Assembly: GCF_053078305.1 (NCBI RefSeq) | Contig: NZ_CP166879.1 | Length of the DNA stretch: 64,000 bases | Reading direction: 5' to 3' (one strand) | Shown here: positions 31,561 to 42,592 of the stretch, piece after piece | Layout: every line of letters starts with the position of its first letter | Numbering within the stretch: position 1 is the first letter of the stretch | The notes under the pieces: generated by a model | The model's input: the letters and a program-made list of their open reading frames with translations, nothing else | Databases searched by the model: none | What the model was told of the DNA's origin: nothing | Translations under genes and position numbers: made by a program

Positions 31561-31590
31561 CGGCATTGCCGGGGTCAGACTAAGCATCTT

Positions 31591-32166
31591 TTAGACGTTG
31601 ACGCCGTGCTGGGAAGCAAGCGCTGACAGGCCACCGGAAAAACCCTGACCGACAGCTTTAAACTTCCACTCAGCGCCATGGCGATACAGTTCACCGAAGA
31701 CCATTGCGGTTTCAGTTGAGGCGTCTTCAGACAGATCGAAACGGGCAATTTCCGCGCCGTTATCGTTGTTGTAAACGCGCATGAAGCTGTTGCTCACCAT
31801 GCCGAAATTTTGTTTACGCGCTTCTGCATCATAGATGGTAACGGCAAATACCAGTTTTTTGACGTCAACTGAGACTTTTGCCAGATCGATTTTAATTTGC
31901 TCATCGTCACCATCGCCTTCACCGGTACGGTTGTCACCCTGGTGCTCTACTGCGCCATCAGGGCTGGTTTTATTATTGAAGAAAATGAAATGGGCATCTG
32001 ACAGCACTTTACCGTCTTCACCTACTGCGAATACGGAAGCGTCCAGATCAAAAGCCTGACCGTCAGTTACACGGGCATCCCAGCCAAGACCAACCATAGC
32101 AACATTCATGGTCGGTGCTTCTTTGGTCAGAGATATGTTGCCGCCTTTTACGAGAGAAACTGCCAT
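31591..32166 (-). CDS. terE: tellurium resistance protein TerE
   Basis: 191 aa from [13 protein letters not shown]; TerD-family fold signature [13 protein letters not shown]. Confidence 0.9.
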   Translation of the reverse strand: MAVSLVKGGNISLTKEAPTMNVAMVGLGWDARVTDGQAFDLDASVFAVGEDGKVLSDAHFIFFNNKTSPDGAVEHQGDNRTGEGDGDDEQIKIDLAKVSVDVKKLVFAVTIYDAEARKQNFGMVSNSFMRVYNNDNGAEIARFDLSEDASTETAMVFGELYRHGAEWKFKAVGQGFSGGLSALASQHGVNV

Positions 32167-32233
32167 TTTTAACTCCTGCAAACAGTTGAATGAGGGCTGA
32201 ATCAACAGCCCGGAATGAAAAGTTAGTTTTCGA

Positions 32234-32812
32234 TCAAGACGCGTTAATGCCGTACTGAGCACATACAGATGCCAGCCCCCCCGCATAACCCTGACCTACA
32301 GCACGGAATTTCCACTCACCATTGTGACGATACAGTTCACCGAACAGCATGGCGGTTTCAGTGGACGCATCTTCAGTCAGATCGTAGCGAGCAACTTCAG
32401 TCTGGTTATCGTCATTAACCAGGCGAATAAACGCCCCGGAAACCTGACCAAAGTTCTGACGGCGAGCCTGAGCATCATGGATCGTCACAACGAAGATGAT
32501 CCTGTCGATGTCAGACGGGACAGTATCAAGTTTAATTTTCAGCGATTCATCATCACCATCCCCCTCACCAGTACGGTTATCGCCGGTGTGCGTTACAGAA
32601 CCGTCGGATGACGTCAGGTTGTTATAGAAGATGAAATCTGAATCGCCACGCACTTTGCCGTTTGCGGTCAGCAGGAATGCTGAAGCATCCAAGTCAAAGT
32701 CCTGACCGTCAGTTGAACGTGCATCCCAGCCAAGACCCACCAGGACGTTTTTCATTGACGGAGCTGCTTTACTCAGGGAGACGTTCCCGCCTTTGGAAAG
32801 AGAAACACTCAT
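32234..32812 (-). CDS. terD: tellurium resistance protein TerD
   Basis: 192 aa from [13 protein letters not shown]; TerD-family. Confidence 0.9.
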   Translation of the reverse strand: MSVSLSKGGNVSLSKAAPSMKNVLVGLGWDARSTDGQDFDLDASAFLLTANGKVRGDSDFIFYNNLTSSDGSVTHTGDNRTGEGDGDDESLKIKLDTVPSDIDRIIFVVTIHDAQARRQNFGQVSGAFIRLVNDDNQTEVARYDLTEDASTETAMLFGELYRHNGEWKFRAVGQGYAGGLASVCAQYGINAS

Positions 32813-32860
32813 AAAATAACCTCTTCGATTAGTAATTGCTCCGGTTAACACTTAAGGGGA

Positions 32861-33901
32861 TCAGTTCCCCTTTTCCTCAGATTCAGGTTTGCCGGGGAAA
32901 ATAACGCTTGCGAGAATGCCCAGCACCAGAACCCCCAGTACAACATACAGGCTGGTTGTCGCAGCGATGCTGTAACCATGATGCCAGATGTGATCGGTCG
33001 CGTTCAGGCCCAGTTTTACCGCAATGAAGAACAACAACACGATAACAGCCTTTTCCAGATGAATCAGGTACTGTTTCAGTGCTTCAAGGACAAAGTACAG
33101 AGTACGCAGCCCCAGGATAGCAAACATCATGGCACTATAGACGATAAGCGGTTCACGACTGACAGCAATGATTGCCGGTACCGAGTCAAACGCAAACATA
33201 ACATCCGAGAGTTCAACCACGGCCACACACAGGAACAGAGGGGTCGCATACAGCGCCGCCTTTTTACCACGGTCAATGGTTACATCACTGTTTTCTGGTT
33301 TCGCCAGTTCAGCATCCACTTCCTTCTGGTTAAGCAGGAAGGCATGCCCACGTAGCTTCGGCCAGACAGGGAAGAAACGTTTAACCATGCGGTAAGCCAG
33401 ATGCTGGGAGTAATCTTCAATTTCATCATCATCATCACCGCTTTTAAGCATCATGACCGCTGTCCAGGCAACGATGATAGCGAAGACGACTTCAACGTAC
33501 GGCCCCAGACTCAGCAGGCTCGTACCGATGGCGACAAAGATTCCCCTGAAGACGATCGCTCCAATGATCCCCCAGTAAAGCACACGGTGCCGATAACGAT
33601 CCGGAACAGCGAACCAGGAAAAGATGGCCATCATGACAAACAGGTTGTCGACCGACAGTACTTTCTCCAGCGCATACCCCGTGACAAACAAACTGGCAAC
33701 TTCAGCACCGTGGTGGATATAGAGGAAACCGGCAAATGCCATCGCAACAACAACCCAGAATACGGACCAGAGCGCCGCACTCTTCAGGGAGATTGGCTTG
33801 TCATCACGGTGCATAAACAGGTCAATAAAGATGGCTCCGACTGAAAGAGCAATAAAAACAATGACCGTTTCAGTCGGGAAGCCGATGTGTGTGGAAACCA
33901 T
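32861..33901 (-). CDS. terC: integral membrane protein TerC
   Basis: 346 aa, multi-pass membrane protein in conserved ter gene order. Confidence 0.9.
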   Translation of the reverse strand: MVSTHIGFPTETVIVFIALSVGAIFIDLFMHRDDKPISLKSAALWSVFWVVVAMAFAGFLYIHHGAEVASLFVTGYALEKVLSVDNLFVMMAIFSWFAVPDRYRHRVLYWGIIGAIVFRGIFVAIGTSLLSLGPYVEVVFAIIVAWTAVMMLKSGDDDDEIEDYSQHLAYRMVKRFFPVWPKLRGHAFLLNQKEVDAELAKPENSDVTIDRGKKAALYATPLFLCVAVVELSDVMFAFDSVPAIIAVSREPLIVYSAMMFAILGLRTLYFVLEALKQYLIHLEKAVIVLLFFIAVKLGLNATDHIWHHGYSIAATTSLYVVLGVLVLGILASVIFPGKPESEEKGN

Positions 33902-33919
33902 ATTTTACCCTTAGGGATG

Positions 33920-34375
33920 TCAGAGGCCAAATTCAGCCGGCTCGAAGCCCAACGCGATAGCGATCTCGCGGGAGGCCAGTTTCTCGTCCTGATCGAAGTT
34001 ACCGTCGCTTTTCGCAACAGCAATACCAACACGTAAGGCCAGTTGAGCGGCCTCAGGCTGATCTTTCAGCGCCAGGATGTATTTCATGGTCTCGCCCTTG
34101 CCGATTTCAACATCGAAATCGAAGCTTGAAACCAGTTTATTGAAGAACTCGATCACCTCATTGGTATCGAAGACCTTCAGCTCTTCTGAAGAGCGCAGAA
34201 AGCCCATCATTTTCTGCTTTTCTTCCGAACTCACGCCGTCACTCGATACGGCAATACGGGCACATACAGCAACGGTGCCCTGCATGAATTTTTTGTTTTT
34301 GAAACGACCAACCTGGCGGGTCAGTTCGTCACGACCAGAGTTAATGGCACCTTTAACTTTGTCGAAAAAGCTCAT
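33920..34375 (-). CDS. terB: tellurium resistance protein TerB
   Basis: 151 aa from MSFFDKVKGAINSG; conserved order. Confidence 0.85.
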   Translation of the reverse strand: MSFFDKVKGAINSGRDELTRQVGRFKNKKFMQGTVAVCARIAVSSDGVSSEEKQKMMGFLRSSEELKVFDTNEVIEFFNKLVSSFDFDVEIGKGETMKYILALKDQPEAAQLALRVGIAVAKSDGNFDQDEKLASREIAIALGFEPAEFGL

Positions 34376-34397
34376 ACCAGTTTCCTTTATTGCTGTG

Positions 34398-35555
34398 TTA
34401 TTTAGAACCGGCGCTCCAGCGAAATCCCCAGCCAAATGCCCGGTCCATTTCGTCCTGGCCTTTGAAGTACTGGTTGATACGCTCAACTTTAATCGCACCG
34501 TTTTCGTTTACGAGTCTGGCAATGGCGCACAATGTGCGACGGTTTTCACCTTCAGTCAGGCGGGTCTCAATGGGCGGTTGATCCGGCACATAAATGGTGA
34601 CCACTCCATCAGTCTTGTCCCAACTGGGAACACCTTCATAAATAAAGGCGTAAATCAGCACTTCGCGGATATGCTTCCATTCACGTCCATTGATATGCAG
34701 CCACTCGCCGTCTGATACATCACCCGTCCGGTCATCGCCCTTGAGCTGAACATAAGGTTCATCGCGATAATCACCGAATGCATTACCGAGCGCCTGAATG
34801 ACCGACTTATACCCGTCCTGAAGCTCAACAAAGGCTCCCAGATCCAGGTCGATGCCTTTGGAGCCGAACATGCCTGCAAAGCCGGATTTGCCGCTGCCCC
34901 GGTGCCAGTTCAGGTTGATCCTGATTTCACCGAAGTTATCCCGTTTGGTCAGACTGATTGCAGGCATCTCTTTTGTCAGAGATACTTTACTCAGGCTGAT
35001 TTTTGTCTCAGCTGGCAGAGGGGGTACAACCGGAGGAGTCGGGGCTGCGGGAGCCGGTTCGTCGGCAATATTTACGCCGAAATGCTCTGCCAGCGGTTTA
35101 AGTCCACCGTTGAACCCCTGCGCAACGAAGCGGAATTTCCAGCCATTATTACGACGGTAAAATTCACCCAGAATTAAGGCTGCTTCCTGACGGCCGCTCA
35201 GTTCGACACAGCCGCTCACCAGGCCGGTAGCCCCTTGCTCCACGTCGATGGAAAGATTACGAAGACCGGACACCGTCTGCCCACCGTCACAGGTCACGGT
35301 GAACGCAATTTTCTGGACATCAGGTTTCAGCCGGTTGAGCGCGACAGTAAAGGTTGAGTACTGACCTTCACTGACCAGGCTGACAGTACCATCATCGTTA
35401 CGTGGCTGACCATAAAACACCATGTCCGCATCCCCCTGCACCTTCCCGGCGGCATACAGGCGAAACGCTGAAGCATCCACCTGGACGCCCGAGGTTATCC
35501 GGACCCGCAACTCCTGGGCTGGAACGGGGGCATTGCCCCCCGGCATCAGGTTCAT
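34398..35555 (-). CDS. terA: tellurium resistance protein TerA
   Basis: 385 aa with TerD-like domains. Confidence 0.85.
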   Translation of the reverse strand: MNLMPGGNAPVPAQELRVRITSGVQVDASAFRLYAAGKVQGDADMVFYGQPRNDDGTVSLVSEGQYSTFTVALNRLKPDVQKIAFTVTCDGGQTVSGLRNLSIDVEQGATGLVSGCVELSGRQEAALILGEFYRRNNGWKFRFVAQGFNGGLKPLAEHFGVNIADEPAPAAPTPPVVPPLPAETKISLSKVSLTKEMPAISLTKRDNFGEIRINLNWHRGSGKSGFAGMFGSKGIDLDLGAFVELQDGYKSVIQALGNAFGDYRDEPYVQLKGDDRTGDVSDGEWLHINGREWKHIREVLIYAFIYEGVPSWDKTDGVVTIYVPDQPPIETRLTEGENRRTLCAIARLVNENGAIKVERINQYFKGQDEMDRAFGWGFRWSAGSK

Positions 35556-36136
35556 TAGCGAATAACCGCAGAAACGATATCGGAGTGCATATCGTCAATT
35601 GTGCGACCGCGACAGGCATGACCAAGGGCGGTAAAGTCCCAGTTGCCGTTATTACGGCGCAGCGAAGAAATAACGATCCCGGTATGTGAGCCCTGCTCAG
35701 TCAGCTTGTAGCAAGCCAGCTCTTTGCCGGTTTGATCGACCACACGACAGAACGCATTTTCGACGTCATTGAACGACTGCCCACGGAAGCTGTTAACCGT
35801 AAACGCCAGGTATTCAACGTTTGCAGGCAGACGGGAGAGGTTGACCTTAATCACTTCATCGTCGCCGTCACCCTCACCAGTCAGGTTATCACCGCTATGC
35901 ACAACAGCTTTGCAGGTGGATTCCAGTTTGCGGAACCAGATGGTGTCAATTGTTTTACCGGTGCTGTCCATTAATACACAGCCAGCATCGAGATCGATTG
36001 AGTCGTTACCTCCAAACAATCCTCCAAGAAAACCTTTTTTCTTAACCGGATCCCAACCGAGACCGAAATGAAGCTGGCTTAATGCAGGTGATTCTTTGCT
36101 GAGTGATACCGTCTGATTCTTAACTAATGAAACCAT
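35555..36136 (-). CDS. terZ: tellurium resistance protein TerZ
   Basis: 193 aa TerD-family (MVSLVKNQTVSLSK); stop overlaps terA start (TAATG). Confidence 0.85.
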   Translation of the reverse strand: MVSLVKNQTVSLSKESPALSQLHFGLGWDPVKKKGFLGGLFGGNDSIDLDAGCVLMDSTGKTIDTIWFRKLESTCKAVVHSGDNLTGEGDGDDEVIKVNLSRLPANVEYLAFTVNSFRGQSFNDVENAFCRVVDQTGKELACYKLTEQGSHTGIVISSLRRNNGNWDFTALGHACRGRTIDDMHSDIVSAVIR

Positions 36137-36455
36137 GTTTTATTCCTTAAAATGCTGATAACTGAGACAATCAAAAGTATATTTAGTAACTGGCGAAGAA
36201 AATCATATCATGATGAAGTTCTCTGACAAGGGAAATTTGGTAGCTTTCTGTAAAAACACAAAGAGAAATCCTTTTCATGATGTCCTTTCATCTAAATACC
36301 AATTAAATATCAACACATTAACAGGTAACACAAAAACACTGATACACTCCATAACCTCAGGTGTTATTAATCATATTATGATTGACATGTAGCATATACA
36401 CCCATAAACTCACTTCTCGACAATAAATTTTCTTGCCGTTCCGGATAATAAAAAA

Positions 36456-37514
36456 ATGAACAAAAAAATTTGGTTTATGGAAGGTTTGTCCTCTCAGAGA
36501 GATATTATTCAGGGGGTTAAATTATTTGCACAAAAAAATAATTTTGCCATTACCGTTTTTGCCTCCCACCGTAACGAAAGAAATGAAATCCTTTCCGTTG
36601 CCGATTATTCTTTGACTGAACCTGAAGATCCTCAAAAACGTCTTCAGTTTATTCAGGAAACCATTCAGACCTACGGCATCCACCATATTCATACTGGTCG
36701 TAACAACCAGTGGTTTGAAGAACACCGAACCGCCATTGAATCGACCGGTGCCACCCTTACTACCGGTGCAACGGGCATCGACTGGTTAACTCTGGCTGAC
36801 GAAAAAGTTACTTTTGCTCAGTTTATGGAGCAAAAGGGGCTCCCGGTCGTACCATCCTGGCGGGTGAATACGCTGGCAGAATTAAAGACACGCCTCGCGG
36901 CTCCGCCGTTCACTGACAGTCCGGTATGCGTGAAGCCGGTGACGGGTATCTACGGCATGGGATTCTGGCGCTTTGATGACAGTGCTTTGCCTATGGCCGT
37001 CTTTAATCACCCCGAACATCGTCTGGTCAGCCCGCAACTGTATATTGCTGCAGCGTCGGCTTCTGAGTCGTTTAAACCCCTTGTTTTGATGCCGTACCTG
37101 CCTGGCCCGGAATTTTCCGTCGATATCCTCGCGGATAAGGGCGAAATACTCGCAGCCGTGGGACGCCGTAAGGAAGGGGCTATCCAGTATCTGGTAAACC
37201 AAGGAAGCGCCTGGGAACTGGCGTGTGACTGCGCCCGGGTTATGAAGGCCGACGGGCTGGTGAATGTTCAGACGCGAAACGATGTGAATGGCAACCCGGT
37301 GCTGCTTGAAACCAACATGCGTCCGTCAGGCGGGGTGGGTTATACCCTTCACAGCGGGGTTAACCTTCCCGGGTTGTTTGCTGCTTTTAAGCTCGGTCTG
37401 ATGTCTGAAGATGCGGTGATCCAGAGCGCCAGAAATACCTTTTCTCCGGTTGCAGTGAGATCCATCACAGATGTCATCGTTTACCCGGAATCACTCTCTA
37501 ACCTTCTGAATTAA
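36456..37514 (+). CDS. ATP-grasp enzyme of the ter-associated biosynthetic module
   Basis: 352 aa; ATP-grasp-like architecture; first gene of an overlapping operon divergent from terZ. Confidence 0.7.
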   Translation: MNKKIWFMEGLSSQRDIIQGVKLFAQKNNFAITVFASHRNERNEILSVADYSLTEPEDPQKRLQFIQETIQTYGIHHIHTGRNNQWFEEHRTAIESTGATLTTGATGIDWLTLADEKVTFAQFMEQKGLPVVPSWRVNTLAELKTRLAAPPFTDSPVCVKPVTGIYGMGFWRFDDSALPMAVFNHPEHRLVSPQLYIAAASASESFKPLVLMPYLPGPEFSVDILADKGEILAAVGRRKEGAIQYLVNQGSAWELACDCARVMKADGLVNVQTRNDVNGNPVLLETNMRPSGGVGYTLHSGVNLPGLFAAFKLGLMSEDAVIQSARNTFSPVAVRSITDVIVYPESLSNLLN

Positions 37515-37523
37515 GGCGTGTTT

Positions 37524-38666
37524 ATGTCTGATACCCTCGAAGATATGATTTATCGCCGTACCCTCTCATGCGGTACGATTCAGGTAACCCGCGACCAGGG
37601 TGAAGTTTCGCTCGATGACCTGTTTGATATCGCTGAAAGACGTAACCCGAAACGCGCCTTTCTGTTTGTCAGCAAAGTACTCGGCAGGCACATTCCCGTG
37701 CCACCCTCAGTCATGCGGCAGGCCTACAGACAGCTTGCCAGCCAGTTCCCCTCAACGCTGACAGGGCCCATACTGTTTATCGGTATGGCAGAAACCGCCG
37801 TTGGGCTTGGGGCTGGTGTGTTTGATGAAGTGCGCCACCAGCATCGTGAATCTGTCTATCTGACCTCTACCCGTCACCCGGTTGATGGCACATTGCTTTG
37901 CGAGTTCAAGGAAGAACACAGCCACGCCACCGATCATCTGATCTATCTGCCAGACGATGAAGAGAAAAGACGTCGTGTTACAAACGCGCGAACTCTGGTT
38001 TTGATTGATGACGAAGCAACCACCGGTAATACCTTTATTAACCTGCTTTCTGCCCTGCGTAATACCGGCAAGCTTCAACATATTGAACAGGTTATCGCTG
38101 TTACGCTTACGGACTGGAGCGAAAATGCCCTGTCCAGGCGCAGCACTTTACCCGTCACTTCGGTTTCTCTTGTAAGTGGTCAGTGGGGATGGACTCCATT
38201 ACCAGATGCACCTGTCCCGGACATGCCGAAGGTCAACGTAACTTCACGTGGAAAATGGGACATCCAGGGAAAACAGTCCTGGGGTCGACTGGGGATGCTC
38301 GCACCTGCGGCCGATCTCGGTCATGAGGTATCCTTCCGCAAGGGGGAGCGTGTTCTGGTTCTCGGGACAGGGGAATTCGTCTGGGAGCCGTTCCTGCTTG
38401 CTGAACGGCTCGAAGCTGCCGGAGCACAGGCATTTTATGGTGCGACCACCCGCTCCCCTATCGCCGTTGGTTATGCCATTAAGTCCGCAATTTCCTTTAC
38501 GGATAACTACGGCCTGGGCATCCCCAATTTTGTCTATAACGTCGCCCATCAGCAATTTGACCGCATTCTTGTGTGTACTGAGACACCTGCAGAAAGTATT
38601 GACACGCGGCTTCTTAAAGCGCTGGCTGAGGTTGCACCCGTCGTGGAGATTGTTACCTATGAATAA
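37524..38666 (+). CDS. phosphoribosyltransferase-domain protein
   Basis: PRPP-binding-type motif VLIDDEATTGNT; ORF starts with GTG at 37518, ATG at 37524 has an RBS. Confidence 0.7.
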   Translation: MSDTLEDMIYRRTLSCGTIQVTRDQGEVSLDDLFDIAERRNPKRAFLFVSKVLGRHIPVPPSVMRQAYRQLASQFPSTLTGPILFIGMAETAVGLGAGVFDEVRHQHRESVYLTSTRHPVDGTLLCEFKEEHSHATDHLIYLPDDEEKRRRVTNARTLVLIDDEATTGNTFINLLSALRNTGKLQHIEQVIAVTLTDWSENALSRRSTLPVTSVSLVSGQWGWTPLPDAPVPDMPKVNVTSRGKWDIQGKQSWGRLGMLAPAADLGHEVSFRKGERVLVLGTGEFVWEPFLLAERLEAAGAQAFYGATTRSPIAVGYAIKSAISFTDNYGLGIPNFVYNVAHQQFDRILVCTETPAESIDTRLLKALAEVAPVVEIVTYE

Positions 38667-39432
38667 ACCCGTTGTTCTGAGCGACCTTGACGACACGCTC
38701 TTTCAGACCCGTCGTAAAATGGTAGACGAGCTGGCCCTGGAGCCATTCCGTACCGGTGCCGTTGATCGTACTCTGAATCCACGAAGCTTTATGACAGAAG
38801 AACAGTCCATGTTAGTGGACTGGCTCCTAGAGCAGGCTGAACTCATTCCCGTTACCGCACGGGGAACTGAAGAAATCAGCCGCGTAAGGATCCCTTTCCA
38901 CTCCTGGGCAATCACCACGCACGGGGCCGTCATTCTCACGCCTGAAGGCAAACCCGACGAGGAGTGGAAGGCCCATATGCTCGGCCAGCTAACTCCCTAC
39001 CAGGAAAAGCTGGCATCGATGCAGCGTCTGATCACTGAAATGATGGACGCAAAAGGGATCAATGCCTGGGCAAGACTGAACTTCGAATACGGTGAAACGG
39101 CGGTTTATATGGTGATGAAACACCGCGACAGCACTCGCCTTGACGAACTCAATGCCATTGCAGATGAGATAGAAACGGTATTTTCGACCGAGGGCTTCTA
39201 CATCCACCGCAACAGTAACAACGTAGCCTGGCTTCCCACCCCGGTTGAGAAAGGGCTGGCCGTCAGCTGGCTGCTTGAAAAACTTCGGGCTGAACGCGGA
39301 GTTTTCCCCGTAATTGGTCTGGGCGACAGCCTGAGCGATCATCGTTTTATGAAACTGTGCAGCTGGTTTGGCATCCCGCGTCAGAGTCAGTTTGCAGATG
39401 CCATTTCACAGCGAATTTTTGGAGAAAATTAA
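38659..39432 (+). CDS. HAD-superfamily hydrolase
   Basis: N-terminal DLDDTLF (DxDxT) motif; ATG 38659 overlaps the upstream stop. Confidence 0.7.
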   Translation: MNKPVVLSDLDDTLFQTRRKMVDELALEPFRTGAVDRTLNPRSFMTEEQSMLVDWLLEQAELIPVTARGTEEISRVRIPFHSWAITTHGAVILTPEGKPDEEWKAHMLGQLTPYQEKLASMQRLITEMMDAKGINAWARLNFEYGETAVYMVMKHRDSTRLDELNAIADEIETVFSTEGFYIHRNSNNVAWLPTPVEKGLAVSWLLEKLRAERGVFPVIGLGDSLSDHRFMKLCSWFGIPRQSQFADAISQRIFGEN

Positions 39433-39433
39433 A

Positions 39434-40513
39434 ATGCAGCCACATGAAACATTTACCGGCTCATACCAGCCCGGTGACGTGGAATTTCTGCTAAAGCCGG
39501 TTGTCATTGAAATGACGCCAGTTGATCAAAAAGAAGAGCTGATTCAGTCCGGGAAGAAACATTATTCGGACATGCTCAGCCAGGAGCCAGCGCCGACACA
39601 ATGGCATCTTGATTTGTTTCACCGGGCGCTGGATCGGGGCGCAGAGAGACTTGCAAAAGAAGTCACACAGCTCGCTATTGCTCTGGCCGAACGCTTCGGT
39701 GATGAGCCCATAGTACTGGCCAGTCTTGTCAGGGCTGGCGTACCGCTCGGCGTTATGCTACACCAGGCTCTGCGTGACATGGGAAAAACCTCATGGCATT
39801 ACGGCATCAGCATCATCCGGGATCGTGGAATTGACGGTACAGCACTTGATATCATTGAAGAGCGGCATGGTACCAGCGGCATTGTCTTTGTTGACGGATG
39901 GACAGGTAAAGGCGCAATTACCGGAGAGCTTGTACGCGCACTGAGAGATCGCCCGGGCTATCCTGAGCAGCCGCGACTGGTTGTCCTGGCCGATCCCTGT
40001 GGCTGTTCCTGGCTTGCAGCAAGTGATGATGACTGGCTCATTCCTTTTGGCATCATGGGGGCTCCGGTGTCAGGCCTGCTCTCCCGGTCAGTATGGTCCT
40101 CTGAAGGATTACATGGGTGCATGGTTTGCGAGCATCTCAGTGAATTCGAATGCAGCCGGATGCTTGTCGATACCGTCGCTCATTTCCGTAAGAAGTTAAC
40201 ACCGTCATCCCTCGCTCCTCTGAGCTGGAATACGGAGTCAACCCGGGTCTTATGGCAGACAAGTCGCGACGTTATCGCGTTCCTGGCCGATGAATTTAAA
40301 GTGGACAGCGTCAACCGTATTAAACCCGGTATTGCTGAAGCAACCCGGGCTGTATTACGTCGGGTACCGGACCATGTATTTGTGCGTTCGATTGACGACC
40401 CGGACGTTGCCTTACTTGTGGGGCTTGCTCGTGAAAAGGGAATAATTGTTACAGAAATGGGGGGAACCCTCGGCCAGTATCGGGCTGTAACCATTATCAA
40501 AAAGGTATTCTAA
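39434..40513 (+). CDS. ter-associated protein, PRTase-like (possibly StiP family)
   Basis: 359 aa from ATG 39434 (GGAG RBS); FVDGWTGKGAITG nucleotide-binding-like segment; family assignment uncertain. Confidence 0.45.
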   Translation: MQPHETFTGSYQPGDVEFLLKPVVIEMTPVDQKEELIQSGKKHYSDMLSQEPAPTQWHLDLFHRALDRGAERLAKEVTQLAIALAERFGDEPIVLASLVRAGVPLGVMLHQALRDMGKTSWHYGISIIRDRGIDGTALDIIEERHGTSGIVFVDGWTGKGAITGELVRALRDRPGYPEQPRLVVLADPCGCSWLAASDDDWLIPFGIMGAPVSGLLSRSVWSSEGLHGCMVCEHLSEFECSRMLVDTVAHFRKKLTPSSLAPLSWNTESTRVLWQTSRDVIAFLADEFKVDSVNRIKPGIAEATRAVLRRVPDHVFVRSIDDPDVALLVGLAREKGIIVTEMGGTLGQYRAVTIIKKVF

Positions 40514-41469
40514 TGAAAAATCGTCTTTCTCCCTGGAATCTTGGTGCCACTCTATACATGCCTGCAACACGGGAAGATATTGCTGATGCCGTTCTGCACG
40601 AGAAAATCCCGGGTTTGCGCTCTCTGGTGATTTGCCTGGAGGATGCTGTCAGTGAAGCAGACATCCCCGTCGCCCTCAAAAATCTAGAGCACCTGCTGCA
40701 CGAACTCAGTAACAGCATGCGTAGCCTGGGTAAAAATAACTGGCCCCTGTTGTTCATTCGCCCCCGGCATGCCGAAATGGGCAAATGGTTAAAAGAACAT
40801 TATGATCTTTCCGCTGTCGACGGGTTTGTGTTACCGAAATTTACCCTAAGTTCGTTAGCTGAATGGTGGGATATCATGGGCGGAACTCACCTGAGCATGA
40901 TGCCAACGCTGGAAACAGAAAACGTCTTTGATGTGATTCAGATGCGCGAGCTGGCCACCCGGCTGTTGGAACATCCCTGCCACAAGCGCATTATTGCGCT
41001 TCGAATCGGCGGCAACGATCTTATGAACGTCGTGTCGCTTCGCCGTCCCCGAGCCCTGACGCTGTATGACAGTCCGATGGGCTACGTCATCAAAATGCTC
41101 GTTTCAGTCTTCAGCCCGCGTGATTTTGCCCTGACCGCGCCCGTATGTGAGCATATTGACGATCATGCCGTTATGGCCAGAGAGCTGGCTCTTGATATGG
41201 CACATGGACTTGTTGGAAAAACGGCCATTCATCCAGATCAGATAGAGGTCATTCAAAACGCGCTGATGGTCACTCAGGGTGAGTACTCTGACGCTCTGCG
41301 GATCCTGAACTCTACCCAGGCCGTGTTTAAGTCGCAGGGGGCGATGTGTGAACCTGCCACACATCGCCGCTGGGCGGCTGGCATTCTGGACAGAGCCCGG
41401 TTTTACGGGTTACATAACGAGCAAAGCGCTGATGGAATCAGATTACTTACTATAACCCAGCATCATTAA
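40513..41469 (+). CDS. HpcH/HpaI aldolase / citrate-lyase beta (CitE)-like TIM-barrel enzyme
   Basis: ICLEDAVSEAD motif as in CitE/HpcH family; start overlaps the upstream stop (TAATG). Confidence 0.7.
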   Translation: MKNRLSPWNLGATLYMPATREDIADAVLHEKIPGLRSLVICLEDAVSEADIPVALKNLEHLLHELSNSMRSLGKNNWPLLFIRPRHAEMGKWLKEHYDLSAVDGFVLPKFTLSSLAEWWDIMGGTHLSMMPTLETENVFDVIQMRELATRLLEHPCHKRIIALRIGGNDLMNVVSLRRPRALTLYDSPMGYVIKMLVSVFSPRDFALTAPVCEHIDDHAVMARELALDMAHGLVGKTAIHPDQIEVIQNALMVTQGEYSDALRILNSTQAVFKSQGAMCEPATHRRWAAGILDRARFYGLHNEQSADGIRLLTITQHH

Positions 41470-41479
41470 GGAAATCATA

Positions 41480-42487
41480 ATGGGGTTCAGGTTCAGAGGT
41501 ACTTCCGTTTCTTTCTGTAGCCGGGGGGCCTATGCCAATCTGGGGTTACCCGGTACCGAGCTGAGTTACCGTACCCGGTTTGAGCTGGCCGCGCCTTCCG
41601 GAGGTGGAAACAGGACAGCAACCGTCCCGGATCTCAGACAGTCGCTTGAGCAGGAAGCAGTTGAACTCATGTCAGCGGTGACCGCAATTCGTAACATTCA
41701 CGAGTTGACGCTGGATCCAAAAACAGGCATCAATTGGGCAGAGCTGGAAGCAGTATACCTGCATAGCAGAACATCGCTTTTTCAGGTTCCGGCACCAGTG
41801 CGTCCTGAAAAACCAGAATACCATGCATTGTCGGAAAATCCTGCAGGGAACAAAGGCATTGTTTTTCTGGGTAAATGGTTTGAATCGGAATCAGCTAAAG
41901 CTGAGCGTCAAGCAGGGAATCTTCGCCGATGGCGGCAAGAACTGATTGATGTGAAGCGTGAGAATCCCCTTCGACAGCACCGGTACCAGCAACGGCAGAC
42001 GACCAGGGCCGAACAGTATTCAAACTGGAAGTGTGATGCTGAAGAACATGAAAAAAGGCTCGCCACGACTCAGGCAGATGCCCGGCAGTTGTTCCGGGCA
42101 GACGCAGCGTTTTTCGAATCATACCTTGCGGGTGTGCTTTCAGAAACTGAATGGCCGCGTGAAACGCTTGTTGCATTTGAAGTAAAGCCGGAGATATCAA
42201 CAGTCCTGCCGGATGTTGGTTTAGCTGAGATTGAAGATTTCCCTGATAAGATTTACGGCGTCAATGCCCGGGGCATGGAGCTGACGCAAAAAGCCATACG
42301 CGAAAACTATGCCCGCCACAGCCATGGCTGCTTGTTCCGACTGGTCGGTATCGTGTTACATACGCTACCTTTCGACAAGGTGATCGCATCAGGATTTACA
42401 CAACGAGTAAGCGGAACGACTATCTGGAGGATGTTTATATCCTGTCCTGCAAATGCACTCGCAGCCAGAAGGCATAGAACATATTGA
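41480..42487 (+). CDS. hypothetical protein (DUF4236-like N-terminus)
   Basis: N-terminal MGFRFRGTSVSF resembles the DUF4236 signature; AAGGA RBS. Confidence 0.45.
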   Translation: MGFRFRGTSVSFCSRGAYANLGLPGTELSYRTRFELAAPSGGGNRTATVPDLRQSLEQEAVELMSAVTAIRNIHELTLDPKTGINWAELEAVYLHSRTSLFQVPAPVRPEKPEYHALSENPAGNKGIVFLGKWFESESAKAERQAGNLRRWRQELIDVKRENPLRQHRYQQRQTTRAEQYSNWKCDAEEHEKRLATTQADARQLFRADAAFFESYLAGVLSETEWPRETLVAFEVKPEISTVLPDVGLAEIEDFPDKIYGVNARGMELTQKAIRENYARHSHGCLFRLVGIVLHTLPFDKVIASGFTQRVSGTTIWRMFISCPANALAARRHRTY

Positions 42488-42592
42488 TCCGGTTGAAGCG
42501 TTAGGCTATCACCCTGTTATTCGAAAGATGAGAAACACATTCATTTTTCAGCCTATTGAACCACTAACCCTTTAAGCAAACTAAATATTACG

